Numbered from the stretch's first letter, positions 33,183-46,594 are shown. The stretch: DNA of 64,000 bases from Macrostomum lignano (GCA_002269645.1 NIVC01000421.1:1-64000); one strand, 5' to 3'. Notes: generated by a model from the letters alone, not told the origin. A program made the numbers and translations.

Positions 33183-36100
33183 TTAGTAGGCAACCTCGTA
33201 CGTGTCGTGACAGCGAATAGCTTGCTGACATTTAGTCAGCAGCAGATTGTGGTTCCGCTGCAAACGCTTCAGAATTCGACTCTTATCTTCGGCGTTGCTT
33301 GTCGAATACGCGCTCAAGCCTTCCAAAAAATGATTGCGCAGAACTTCGTCGGGACTGCCTTCCAGGTTGTCAAGCGGACAACGTTTCTCGGGCTCTAACT
33401 TCTGCGGCACGGGGCAAAAGTGCCAGTGACGATTAAACAGTTTCGTTAGGTATTGCGCGTAGCAACGGACTTCCGTGTCCGAAGGTGGACTGTCTTTGGG
33501 AAACTCGCGGTCCCACATCATCACGGCGATTGCCTTTAGACTTCGGTTTCGCTTTTCCTCCCATTCTTCAAGTGGATCTGGGCACGAGTACGGATTATAT
33601 TAAGGAGTGATTACTACAATCTGTTTTGAAGAGTTGAAGGTTCGTTTGCACCATCAAACAAGTAAACAAATCACATCCTTGATTTATAACGCAACAAAGA
33701 CACATACAATCCCTGCGGTCAATCCTATTCTGTCATATATGCATACAATACTATTTAATGGTGTGAACAAGCCTCTAGGATGAAAGGTCAATACAAAGAC
33801 CTAAACGCTTGACTCAGTTGTAATAAAAAGCTAACTATAACATATATTAGCATTAATGATGGCATCATGCCTTGTTTTTATCTATAAAAACAAGAGTGTC
33901 GTTTTACTCATCGGTTACTTGTATTTTTCAAGTGCGAGATTTCAGATAAAAATAAATTAATCATCAAAAATCACATTTTTACCTTACAACTTTGCCCCAC
34001 TAAAGTTTTGAAATCTTACCAAAAAGAGAATCGGCCAGCAACGATGGGTCCGGATGGTGTTCATTTGAGGCTGGTAGCATTGCGCAATACGGCACGTCTC
34101 GCTTTACGGCGGTCTGTATTTAGGAATTGTAATTTCCTTTGTTAGCTTTAGAAACGGTTAAAGACCCCAAAAACATGAAAATAATATACACTGAAAGTGC
34201 CTATCGTATTACTTGACCCTAATGGGCCTGAATAATTGGTTCTATTAAAACCTGTGCAAAAACTCCGGGTTTGTATTTCCGCAAGCGGAATCAAACATAC
34301 GGCCTTTCGAGTAGAATTCGACGCATATCGCGTCTATTTCAATTTTTATATTTATTATTTATCAATACATTTAACAGACAATTGTGTACACTAGTGACTC
34401 TATAAATTTAAAGCGAAATTTATGTGTGTAGTGATCCGCTAGTTGGTGTTAGGCGTCGCAATTTGTCAGCAGTCGCCCTTGCCTTCGCCCTCGCCCTGGG
34501 TTGCTGTCTGCCGCTGGTCAGCTTCCCGCCTCCCTCCTTTTGTCTGTCTGTTGCTGCTCCCTTTCCTCGTTTTGCCCGTTTTGCCCCTTCGTTTCTCAGC
34601 CCTCAGCTTCTCTGCTGTGGGCTGTCGCTGTTTCGTCAGTCTTGGTTTCCTGCCATGTGAGCTAGTCACATGACAGATCTCTCGTTCTTGGAGTCCTAAA
34701 GTGCAGTAAACAAGTTTACTGCACTCGCTGGTCCTGTTTACTGAGTGAGTCACGTGCTTTCGGTCCCCTCCCTTCTCTAAGGAGAGGAGTGATTCATGTT
34801 GCTAAAAATAGCAACTGAGTCACAGCCGCGTTTACTTCTGCCCGGAGACCCCAAGTGACGTCAGTTCTAAAAATAGAACGAATCACGAGGTCTTGAGCGC
34901 ATTGGGACTGTGCCCGAAGGCCATGAGTGACGTCAGTTCTAAAAATAGAACGAGTCACGAGATCTTGTGCAATGGGACAGAGGTGAATCCCGCGCTATAA
35001 ATAGGACCCCTCTCCCCCTTGTTTCCGTCAAGGAGTTTTCAGTTATCAGTATTTTTAGCCGAGTTCCTGAGATTCTGACTATTCGTCTTCGGAATCTTCT
35101 TATTGTCTAGTTTTCCGGACTTCGTTCAGTTGCCCATTTAAGCTATCACCAATTGGCCTGACTAAAACTTAGACGCCCAAGCCTAAGGGAGGCTAACACT
35201 GCCTTCCCAGCCACCGCTGAGCCCGGCGGGGATCTGCTGATCAGGACGCCTTGTTCATTAATCTGCAAATCTGCACTCTGTGCTGAGTTCGTTGACTTGT
35301 TTATTTCGTTCCGACGGGAAGCTCACCTCACCGAAGGCCGAGACCTGAAGGAACTGGTGGCAGCACTACCTACGCTACTAAGAGCTAATAGAAGGCTTCC
35401 GGTTGAAAGGACGGAGAGCCCCAAATCACTGTGCTAGACAGCAGGAGAAGCACAGGTACAACATGTGATATACTCGTAGCTTGGTGAAAATAAAACTAAA
35501 TATTCAGTAAAAAATGAAAACGTCAACAAATAAAAATAAAAGCACACAGGAAGCTCTACCTGAATTTTTTTGAAAAGATGCGTCCACTGGTCCGTCTCTG
35601 AGAGAAAGCGGTACTTTTTATCAGCAGACATCGATAACTGCTTGAAATAGGCCTTTCCATCGCGAATGACTTCAAGACACTTCCACACCCACGGGCTGGG
35701 GCCGGAATCTTTCGCAACCAGACGTGTTTCAATATTAGAACACTTCTCAAGACAACTGAGGCATCTCGACTCCTGATCTTCCAACTGAACTTGATGGCAG
35801 TAGAGCAAGCTCAAAATGGCATAGCAACGGACAGTTCTAGCGTCGTCTCCATACAACTGTTCAAAAATCCTGGCAGCCTTTCTAAGTTTTAAAATGGCTG
35901 CATTAAAATTACTGTAATGCGGCTTAAATGGGTCCATGTAAGCTTGCCTCATAAGTTCTACGCCAGCTTCAAAATGCACTTGAGCGTGGAGTTCTGTATC
36001 GAATAGATCAGTCTGATGGCACATGTCATATGCGCGCTGTAGACTTTTAAGCTTTTCTCGCGTATTGCTAACTGTTAAAATGACTTCCAAGTCTTGAAAT

Positions 36101-38449
36101 TTGCCCAGAGTTCTAAGACCAGCTTTGTTCATTGGCAAGCGCTTCATGTATCGGCTAAGAGAAGGCATGTTAATTGCCGTTGAGTGTAAATAGTGAAGCA
36201 AATCTTCAGCTGTTGTCTCTTCTGCTTTGGGCGTCTTTTGTCTCAGGTCGTCGGCGTCTTTAAGAAATCAACGACTGCGAAAACTAGCTGAGGATCATTC
36301 TTGTACCTGTCATCGAAAGCAAGGAAGTCGTTTAAATGAAAGAACGCATCAGCCATATAGCGAGACAAAAATGAAAACGCTGGCTTCTCGTTATCTTCGA
36401 GGCTTAGCTTCAAACTTTGAAAAATGCGCTTCGCGCGCCCAATTGTATTGCGAGAATCTGTCCACTTCACCTTCGCCTTGCTTCTCTTATCGGCGATTTT
36501 CTGACGAACTAGCACAGCGACCTGCGAAATGCTTGTAAGATTGCGATCACGAGGGAAATCGATCATTTTTTTCACCTTCGATGCTGATTCCTTCTGACTA
36601 AGGACCGAAGCCTCACCAAGAATTAGCATACCCTTGTTAATAAGCCAGAAGGAAACAAGAAATGACAATTCCTTGTGATTAAATAGACGCTGCCCATTCA
36701 GTCTGCTGGCATCTAGATCAACCGTGGAATCCAGATCAATGCCAAAAATATTTCGTATCAGCCGAGTAGATTTCTTATGCCTGCTTTCAGCCTTATTCAA
36801 ATACTGCGACTGCCTGTGATGACGACAAATGAAAAGGTTGCAGAGAATTTGAGTTGCGATTTCGGTGTCCTTTGAGCACAATTTTAGGAGCTTCTTGAAG
36901 TGGGCCAAGCTAGCTTGTCTATGGGCATCCAAATAGCGCCTGGATTTATCAATGATGATAAAAATGTCACTCGTATCATTTAGTTCGATGTCAAGTCCGG
37001 AGCTTGGTTCCGTAATCTTACTCGATTCACCTGTATTCGGGTTCGATTCTGCTTTACGATTTTCCTGCTGTACGGCAGTAGCGCTTCGTCGTGCACTAAA
37101 AAGTGCTTCCTGTAATTATAAATATGAGATTTTGGCTACAAGATCATAGAAACCAGGAACTTAAGTAATTAATGTTAGCGTAGGAGCATTTCAAAAAAAC
37201 TCACAGCTCTATTGAACAGCTCTGTACAAATCGATGTGGCCGGTTTCATGGAGACACTGGTACGTAGCATTTGATACAAAAATGTCGCCGTCAGTGTGCG
37301 AGTCTCATGCTTGCTCTCAAAATCCAGAGCTTCTTTAAAACTGACCAAAACTTCTGTTGTGAAATCAGCAGCCTCGTTTGCAGAAACAACAGCCAGCATT
37401 GTCAAAGCAGATGCCGTCAATGGAGCATCTGGGTGACTCTCCCTCAGTACAGAAGCGTTTTGTTTTAGAAGTTTAATAGAAGTTTGGTATTTTTTCTTCA
37501 GGTGAGATGCACTAAAATGATTGTTTGCATTGCTTCCATTTAGCGAGCTTTTGATAGGACTTGTCTCTTCAAAATGGCTTACGCCATCGATGTAGTTAGC
37601 GTAGGCCTCCGAAAAGCTTAAATCTTTTACAGAAGATTTAATCAGTTTTCGTGCTTGCTCAATTAGGGCTCGGCACTTCGTTAAATTGCGCAATTCTAAG
37701 AAGCAAGCCGCCATGTTAAGAATAGCAACAACTGACTGCTCGCTAGGTATAATCTCTGTGTCCATTCGACGAGTCAAACTCTTTTTCTGAATATTTCGCT
37801 CGATCATGCCTTCAAAGTACTGAAAAGACTTTACAAGGAAGTGATATTCAAATATATCCTTTCTCACGGCACAGTTGAACATGAGCCTGGCCATAGTAAT
37901 TCTCATGCAATTAGAAATGCGAGTATCGGATAAGCCTTGACTTCTCAAATGCTGGCCGGCTAACCAGTGAGCCAGCTTGCTCCAGGAGATGCAATCCCAA
38001 CTAGAGGAATCGTCCTGCAACAGTGCAATGTTTCCTTTACCTGCAACATACAATGTAGTGAGAAACAAAAGCGAGTTTTCGTATCCGATCATATCGTCCT
38101 TCATTTGCTGATAATCAATTTTTTTACAGGGAAGATAACGAGAAAACAGCTTCTCCTTGTATTCTTGATAGCCCAGCGATCTGTCGGAAACATCGTTGCC
38201 ATAAATGGCCCGCTGCAATTCATCTAAGGCCTTCTCTCCGACAAGGTCCTCGAAAAAGCTTAGAATATTATTCGACTCGGTGAACTGTTCATGAATCTGG
38301 TACTGGTTGCTTAGCAGAACTAGGGCGAATCCTTGCGCGAGAGCATCGGAATTCTTCGCTACAGAAGTTTTCCAACGTGCATGCCAGTAATCGATCAGCT
38401 TTTGACTGGGAAAAATGCTGATAAATGTGTCGAGCGAGCCAGGATCCAT
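33183..38449 (-). CDS. TPR-like helical-repeat protein, paralog 3 (~1094 aa if one frameshift is corrected)
   Basis: Exons 38449-37205, 37109-35560, 34113-34020 and 33577-33183. A 1-nt deficit falls in an A-run near 36260 (restores LKDADDL, cf. LKDVDKH/LKDVEDF). A solo LTR sits in intron 2. Confidence 0.75.
34427..35463 (+). mobile_element. Solo LTR (1037 bp), same family, in intron 2 of paralog 3
   Basis: TG...CA ends, 4-bp TSD TGTG (34423-34426, 35464-35467), TATAAAT at 34996 and a duplicated TGACGTCA-containing segment. Confidence 0.87.
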
Positions 38450-39625
38450 TGCTGGCTTACTTTGGAAATTGTAGCTTCAATTAGTTACTTGCAACGACGA
38501 ACAAGTGTTTCTGAATGCGGAACTGAAATGAAAAAGAAGTTCTAATTTTTATACTAATGCTAATCTATTTAACGCGAAAATTTACGAAGAGACTCGTATA
38601 ATTTATAAAATTTGCAATGTTTTGGTAGTAATACATTCATAACCTAAAAAGTGCTAATGATATTTAAAACACCCTAAAAGGAATCGGGAAAAGATATAAT
38701 TTTATTTATATTAATTGGTATAGCATATTTAGGTATTGATATAGTCTTAACACCGAAAGCACTCACACTAAGAAAAATTGTGACAAAAGATGTACTTGTT
38801 TAAGACGAAAATTTATTTGTTAAAGCTTTAGAACGGGGAACATAGCAGCTGCATACAAAAAGGCACATCAGCTGATGATTTGAAGAACAAGCTTTTAAAC
38901 GGTAAAAACCGATTAGAGGTTAGTTAAAAATTTAACAACCGTTTAAGTGACAACAAAAATGGAAATAAATTCTATAAGTTTGGAATACATGTCACTAAAT
39001 AAATGATTTAAGCTTATATTTTTTTCAACATTTATTGCTTATAACAATATTTACTATAGATACAATTCCTCCATCTCACTTTGTCAGTTAGGAGCAATAA
39101 GAAACAGAAAAACTCGTAAGAGTATAACCCTTCTAAATCTGATTCCTAAGTACACCAGGACTTCTGTTTAAAATAACTCGTATTTAAAACAGCATTTATT
39201 ACTCAAACCAAGTTTTCAGTAATTAAAAATTTAGTGCATATACCTTCTACTTTAGATATAAATGTTTGATTTTATTCTAGGTCCAGTAACGAAACCTGAC
39301 AAAAATCAAAGAATATATGAGAATCGCTAGAAAAGGAACCTAATAAAATGAGTTTCATTTAAATATCTTTGCGATCAAAATTCGGGAAAAGCAAATATTA
39401 CAAAAGTGGTAATAGAAAACTTTTTTGATTTTTGAATGATTTTACGACAAAAGTTCAACTCAAATAAAACTAAAATGTAAAACAGTATCAAAATAACAGC
39501 AGAGGGATCACAGCTGGCTCAAAAAAGTGTAAATGAGTCGATAAAGTTGGGGGCTTTAGTTTTTTTGGCTAAACAATATAAATTCAATATACACAAAAAG
39601 ATGCGTGGTTTTTATACAAATTGAT

Positions 39626-42600
39626 TTATTCGGACATCGGGGCTAGATTTAATTTACTATCACAAAGAAACTCTTGAATCTTTGCGCAGCACAGCATCCG
39701 CCTGTGATTCTCTTGCAGCATTAGAAACGTAGCCTCCCTTTTCTCTGTCCGTTGAACCGTGTACTCATTTAAGCCGGCAAGAAAGTCTTTCGTTCTCGGA
39801 TGGATCCAGCATTTGAATAGAGGACAGCTATAATCTTGTCCCGGCATTCGAGCCCGAAAAGGAATCAAGGGCTTCTTCATAAAATGAATCAATCGAGAAT
39901 CGTCGCTAGATTCCTTTGGTGCGCACTCTCTTTTGTGATGATTCCACATGAGCTGCAGATAACGCGCGTAGCAGCGAATCTCCGTCTCTGTAGGCAGGCT
40001 GTTGCTGGGATAGACCATGTCGAGCAGCTGCTGCGACGTTTCAGCAAGGTAAGATTCGTCCGCGTCGAAAAGAGGGTCTAAAAGTTTCAATAAAAAATAA
40101 CTTTGTGCAGTATTACCATATTATCTTTTTAAGACTAGCAGGTATTGTTGCGAACGTACGATTGCAATAAAGGTAGCAATAATACAATCTACAGCAAAAT
40201 TATTATAAATGATGCTTTTCTCAAAGCAATCATCGTCATTGCTCCTTAATAGAAAAGCATCTCATTGGCAGGCACCATCAAGGTAAAACACGAGCGCGAA
40301 ACTTAATTCGTATCGTCAATTGGAACTATAATGGGCTAATCATTAGCCAAAAATACCAGTACGAGGACGAAAACTTTTCCAAATAGAACCCCAAGAGATA
40401 CAAAATGAAACATTATGCGAATGGAAGATTTTATTGTTCGTGCGCCATACAAGCACCATGCTAAGTAAAGACAAGATCCATCTTTAGAGAAGTAAAAATG
40501 GGGGCGGTTAAAACAATTTAACTTACTTTGCTGCTAAAGACACTTTTTTGTTGTTAGAACTCCTGTTAAATTAAATAGAAGCAATATTAAGACAGTTTCG
40601 TGTCAAACATCATAGCTAACTTTTACTGTCACATGCAGTATTCAAGAGCTGCTTCGATCTAGTTTAAAACTTACCAGAAATTTCCCAAAATACTGGCGCC
40701 TTCGGTACTAGAGACTCTTTCCAATCATCTTCGGTCAATAAAGTCTGAAGGTTTCGGTCCCTGATCATCTACAAAATGTTTTAACACACATAACTAGTGT
40801 ATTGCTTTTTTTGTTGATAGCTAAATAAATTTGAATAAAAATAATAAACTGTGAATTTTGCACTTCAACTCACCTCGAGGTGCTTCGTGATTACGTCCCA
40901 CTTTGGAAAATGCTTTGAATGGGAACCAAGAAACAAGTAGCGACACTTCCTAACCACTTCGATCGTCTTCCACAACCAAGGACTCGACATACAATCGTTT
41001 TGTAACAAAGACACTTCAAGTCTGAGACACTCAGAAAATGCTTCTAGTGCTCGATGCTCTTGATCTTCAAGCTGCCTTTGGTTAAAGTACAGTACAGCGA
41101 TCATTCCCTGAGCCATAGCTGCACCGACATGGTCACCGCATATTGTGTCAAATATTTGGGCAGCCTGGCGAAACTTGAAAATGGCGGCGTTAAACTCATT
41201 GAACGCAGGCTTACTAACTGTGGCGCAGGCATTCGAATAAAGGAACATTCCCACAGAAATGTGCAGTGACGCGTGTACCTCTGTATCAACGAGGCCGGCG
41301 GCGGCGCACAAATCGTAGGCTAGTTGAAAGCGATGAAGTCGAAAATCTGGCATACCGAATAGAGTCTTGCAATTTCTGGGCGCATCGGAAAAGTTTCCCA
41401 GAGCAGTGAGGCACATAACAGCCAATGAGGAAGGCAGAACATGACCTTCAGGACTTGATAGATTCTGCTGCAACACTCTAAACAACTCGTCGCAAGACCT
41501 TCTCCTGACGGACGCTGAAAAGTCTTGATTGTCCTTAATTTTGTCGCACATGCGATAAGCCAACTCTCCAACGTAGATTCGTAAGAAAGAAACAAACTCA
41601 GACTGTCCCATACTTGGATCCTCGCTCAGTTCAGAGCAAATCAATGTCGCGTGCTCGTTAAGCGCTCTGCACTGGCGCCAGGTTTGGTCTAATAATCGAA
41701 AATGATTTGAAGAAAAGAAAATCTTCAGGAAGGCAACCGTAGTAACCAACTTTGAGGATTTATTATCCTTAGTGTGCAACGTTGGAGAAAAAAGCTTCAA
41801 ATTTCGAGCCACCACTTTCAACAAACACAGTTCCGCTTCGTTAGCAATCCAGAAGCCACAGATCAGAGCGATAGCAGGTCCCATTTCGTGATGATCAGAA
41901 ACCAACCGTTTAAGAGTGATAGATTGGTAGCTTTCTAACGACAGCTCTATTCCAAAGTACATAGACACAAGTCTAGATACCTTAGCCTGGCGACACTCAA
42001 CCTTTCCTTTCGCACAAGCATAGATGTAGTATTTAGCGATGAACAAATGACAGAGCAATCCTGCCACGTAGCTATTAGTTTCTTTGCATCGTCTCAGTCG
42101 ATCTTTAAAATATTCAAGACCTTCTTTTCTGTAGCAGTCGAGGTATTCGCGAACTAAGTCAAGAGGTGTCTCAATCTGTGAAATAACCACATCAGATATT
42201 GTTTTAGGAACCGGTTTATCTGAAAAAAACATTATTGCACAATACGATTTTATAGCTAGAAGTTAAACTACGCTAAGCCATGATTTAGTTACTGAGCAAA
42301 AACCCCACCTTCACAACTCGTATTTCCTTCCTTCGTTTCGCGCTCCCTCGCGCCCGCATACTTTTGACAGTCAACCTTTATAGAAACTTCCAAATGGCAT
42401 TTCTGAAAAAGGGCATTCGGATATTTAGTACACAGGAAAACAACAGCTGAATAAAGCGCAAGGAAACTACTTAAAACCCATATTTAATTTAATTTTAATC
42501 TGTGATTAATGATACTCTGCATGGATGAAAAGCGCGTTGACAATGATCCGATTAAGCTACTACCGGTAAAAGTGTTATATATACGTATTGAAATTATCGC

Positions 42601-44223
42601 ATGGATGCAAACATGACCATAGCTTTTAATTTCTACTTTGAGACGGGATGTCTACAGTATAATTGAAGCCTCAGAAGCAGAATTCACAAACCCAACTTAA
42701 TTGACAAAGGGGTGGAGCGTGAGCTTAGAGTACAGTAGGTTACATAGTGACGACAAAACGAGTTGGCAACATAAAATTCAAAGTTTTTGTTAGCGTTTGT
42801 CTTATTTGCTTTTTAAAAGACGAGCTACACTTCCACTAAAGTCCATAAAGCGTTGGATGGAAACGAACCATATGAAGCAAAGATCACGAGTAAACATAAA
42901 ATCTGAAAGCGTAAGCAAAGCATTGCAAGAGATAATAAAAGAAGCTATATTGCTCACCAAAGCTTGTTGATAAACTTCATTCCATTCATTCTGATCTTGT
43001 TTCGAGCTAACAGAGTCAGCGCCTATTCGCAGAATCTGCAGCAAGCTCCGCATCGAAGCGGTAGGCTGGCGAATTTCGCACTCCAAGTCTGTTGCCTTGC
43101 TTAGATCACACAGAGCATCGCTGCTAAAGTCAGCCAGCATATTGGCGCGAACGATTCCGCGTACAGTGTAGACGGAAGCCAACAACGACGATTTAGGCGC
43201 GCATTCTTCTAACTCGTGGGCACTTTCGTCCAAACTAAGCTTGGCCTCAGTGTATCTGTCTTGAAGAAACTGCTTATAGGCCTCGGGTCTTCGAATTGCT
43301 ATTCGCTGAGGATTAGTGTCTTCAAATAAGCAAACACCTCGTATATAATCAGCGTAGGCTTTCAAGTAGCGTTCATCACTTGTTCTTGCGGCTCTGGGGA
43401 ACAGTTTCTTGCGAAACAAGTCAAGAAGAATATTTGCTCGAACGGTCTGTCGCAGCTCTAGAAGACAAGCAGCCATACTAATTATACCGGTGATTGTAAA
43501 CTCGCTCGCCACAATATCTTTGTCAGTCTTTCGCATCAACAGCTTCCGCGTAGTGACAGGCCGCTTGACTTCCTCTTTGCGCTCGATCATCGCTTCAAAC
43601 CACTTGAATGCTAGGCGAAAATTTTGATAATTACAGACTTCCTTGAGTTTTGCAACATTAAAGAACATTACTCCAGCAGCTTTTCGTAATAACATTTTTA
43701 TCCAATTATCGATTAGATGTTGTCTACTAGGAGACAAGTGCCAAGTGACAACACTTCGAGCAATGGCGCATTTCTTTGGCCATTCATCTGTGGACTGCCT
43801 TAAAGAAACAAGAGCTTCGTTAACACAGAGCAGCCCGCTTAGTATTGCCAAGCACTCGTGCATCAGAACCGAGTCTTCCTGCCCAATAGAAGTCGTAAGC
43901 GATTCAAGTCTTTTGTAAGCAGTCTCGATAGCCGAAACATCACATTCTTCTTTACTGCCTTCACTAATACTTGACAAAAAAGCCTTACTAAACTTTGAGT
44001 CCATGAGCTCGCCATGTGATGTAGTAACCGAGGAAGAAGTTAGCTCTAGGTGAGCTAATATAACTTTTCTTGCAACTTGAACCAACCCCATTGAGCAGTA
44101 GCCATCGCTGCAACTGCTGCACTGGCAGCCGCCAGATTTAGTTTTGTCGACTTTCCAAAAATCGATAGCCTCCTTGGTCGGTTGGAAATGCAGACCGTCT
44201 GAGCCAAGAGCGGATAAAAACAT
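39626..44223 (-). CDS. TPR-like helical-repeat protein, paralog 4 (~1083 aa, intact frame, most diverged)
   Basis: Exons 44223-42958, 42402-42309 (predicted, less certain), 42219-40874, 40768-40675 and 40077-39626 total 3252 nt in frame. Shares the motifs FKWFEAMIER, MAACLLELR, KFRQAAQIFDTICGDH, QLEDQ and TEIRCYARYL with the other paralogs. Confidence 0.78.
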
Positions 44224-44677
44224 GGTTTAACATCAAAACCACGACGAAAAACTGTGTTATTAATATTGACGACTCAATCACTGCTTGCTTTTACCTGACT
44301 GAAACAAGTAAAACAAGAAATTCAAGGTTGAGAATAAATTTCAAGTCGAAACAAAGCAAAGCTACACGCGCGGAACGGTTACCAATTTTTTACTGCAACC
44401 CTTCAACTGTGATTAGGTTTTGCCCTGGTCTTCAGGCTCAATAAATAATAAAAGCCAACATGATAAAAGTTAACTTTTCTATCATTAAACGTTCGCCACA
44501 GCCCTCCCTAAAACGATTCCTTTAAGGAATAACAATTAGAAAGGAAAAACAATTTAGAATAAACAAACGTACTACACAATACATTTAAACCTATGACGCC
44601 AGCCAGATCATTAAAGAGGTGAAAAGCTGTTGTTAGCGCAAACGATGTCTTGAAAGTCCAGTTATTATTAAAGGTTA

Positions 44678-45787
44678 CCCGTTGGAAAAGTTATGCACCT
44701 GCAGAGGCATAAAAGGTGAACGAGGTGCACAAAAGAGGCACTTTGGTGGCCTATTTCGTGTGTGTTTTGGAAATGCACCTGAGTGCACCTTTTATGCCTA
44801 AATGTCACCAATATTTTTAAAAAGAGGCATGAAAGGTGTAAAATAGGTGAAGTGGTCAGGCAGTAGGTGAATTCTCAATTTTGATTGGTTGCGGCGGTAG
44901 GGGCAGTAAAGGTGTATAAGGGGCACTGGAGGTGCGCAAAAGGTGAAGAGTAGGCTCACAAGTGAGGCACATCAGGTGCACGGGAGGTGCTGAAGGGGCG
45001 CAGAAAGCGCATGAAAGGTGAATTAGAGGTGCATAAGGTGTGCATGTGCGGCGTAAATATGTATACAGGTGCATTTCCAAAACACGCTCGAAATTATAGA
45101 CCCCTAAAGTGCCTCTTCTGTGCACCTCGCTCACCTTTCATGCCTATGCACGAATATTAACGCATTAAGAATTCGTAACAAAAAATTAACTGAGAGTTAC
45201 ATATATGCTAATCGCTGTTATCCCCTTCCTAATCCTGACAAACCACGAAAAAACATTTCCAAAACTGATAAGTTTTAATGACTTTCAAATACTCAGGAAA
45301 AGCTCCGAAAAGTGATAAAAAGGTTTGCATTAGTGAGGAAAAGTTTGAATAGTGAGAAAAGGAAGCAAAGAACTTTGCCAGTTGAAAATTTAACGCCCCT
45401 TGCATTGCCTCAACGCCTAAAGTGCCCACTGTGCACCTTTTATTCACCTTTCGTGCCTCCAGTGCACACTGTACACCTTTTCTGCACCTCCACCGCAGCA
45501 CACCTTTTTTTCACCTTTCACTCACCCAATGCCCCCAATTCCTATTTTATTCACCTTTTGTGCCTCAACGCACACTGTCCACCTTTTATGCACCTAACTC
45601 ACCTATGACACCTGTGCCCCTACCGCCTATTTCGTGCCTTAAATTCACCTTCCGCCCCTGCAGAGGCACTCAGGTGAACAAAAGGTGCACAAGTGGCACA
45701 AAAAGGCATAGGAGAGGCGAAAGTGAGGCAGAAGGTGCAAAACTCTTCACCTTTCATGCCTAATTTAAAAACTCAAAATCCAACGGG
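44678..45787. mobile_element. 1.1-kb palindromic MITE with subterminal repeats
   Basis: TIR CCCGTTGGA / TCCAACGGG and 3-bp TSD TTA (44675-44677, 45788-45790). Many inverted AAAAGGTG/CACCTTTT and GGTGCAC motifs. Superfamily ambiguous. Confidence 0.75.
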
Positions 45788-46594
45788 TTAGATAGTTAAG
45801 ACAGAACAAGTTAATAGACGTTAGAAATAAATATCGATAGTTACACTGTTTTACTTAGTAAACTGAAGGCAAACACAATACCGGTGCCTAAATGCAACAA
45901 ACATTTAAGCACCTAAGACGGCGATTTGTAAGCACCAATTTTTGCACAATATAGTAAAAAAGAAGAAACAACTAAACCAACTTGACTAATAAATTTAGGT
46001 CCGAAGAAAGCAAACAAACGAAAAATAGTAATACGAGAAAATGCTTTAACATAACTAAAATGCTATATTGCTGTCAGCTGAAAAAAATTACCATACAAGT
46101 TAACAGAAAACTATGAAGCAAAGACGCGTGCGTATGACTACTGAATATAATAATTTAAGTAGTTTTAATTTTTAAGTATCATTAAGTAGTTATTGTAGTA
46201 AACAACAGTTCATCGCAAAATATTAATGTAATATTAATTGACCAATAAGATTCGATTTGGTCTTTTAAAAATAAATAAAACTGACAAATTTCAGATTATA
46301 ATTTTTAAAGCGCATATAAATGATGATTCAGTGCGTACCGACGTTACATCGGCTGCTGCACACATCAAGCTAAAACAGTGCTGACGAATAAACGAGATAA
46401 CTACTAAACCAGACTTATTTGTTTCAAAGTACTTTTCCACAGATACTACAAGCCAGAATACAGAATAGCAAACAGGTGAAACAAAATTGACTTTCAGGCA
46501 TGCAGGTTCAAGTGCGGATTTTTTGCTTTTATTTTTGTTTTTAATTGCCGTACTCAGTAGTAAAACATAAATAAATTAGCCGACTCAGTGAGTT

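Noticed and set aside
31585-35463. One full-length LTR retrotransposon bounded by the two LTRs
   Set aside because: Each LTR has its own TSD, they differ in length and 3' sequence, and the interval holds host exons rather than gag/pol.
20140-36265. Programmed ribosomal frameshifting in the TPR-like genes
   Set aside because: The shift sites are at non-homologous positions, lack a shared slippery heptamer, and paralog 4 has none.
16452-44223. NLR/STAND-type receptor assignment
   Set aside because: No Walker A (GxxxxGK[ST]) or NACHT/NB-ARC motifs were seen in any paralog.
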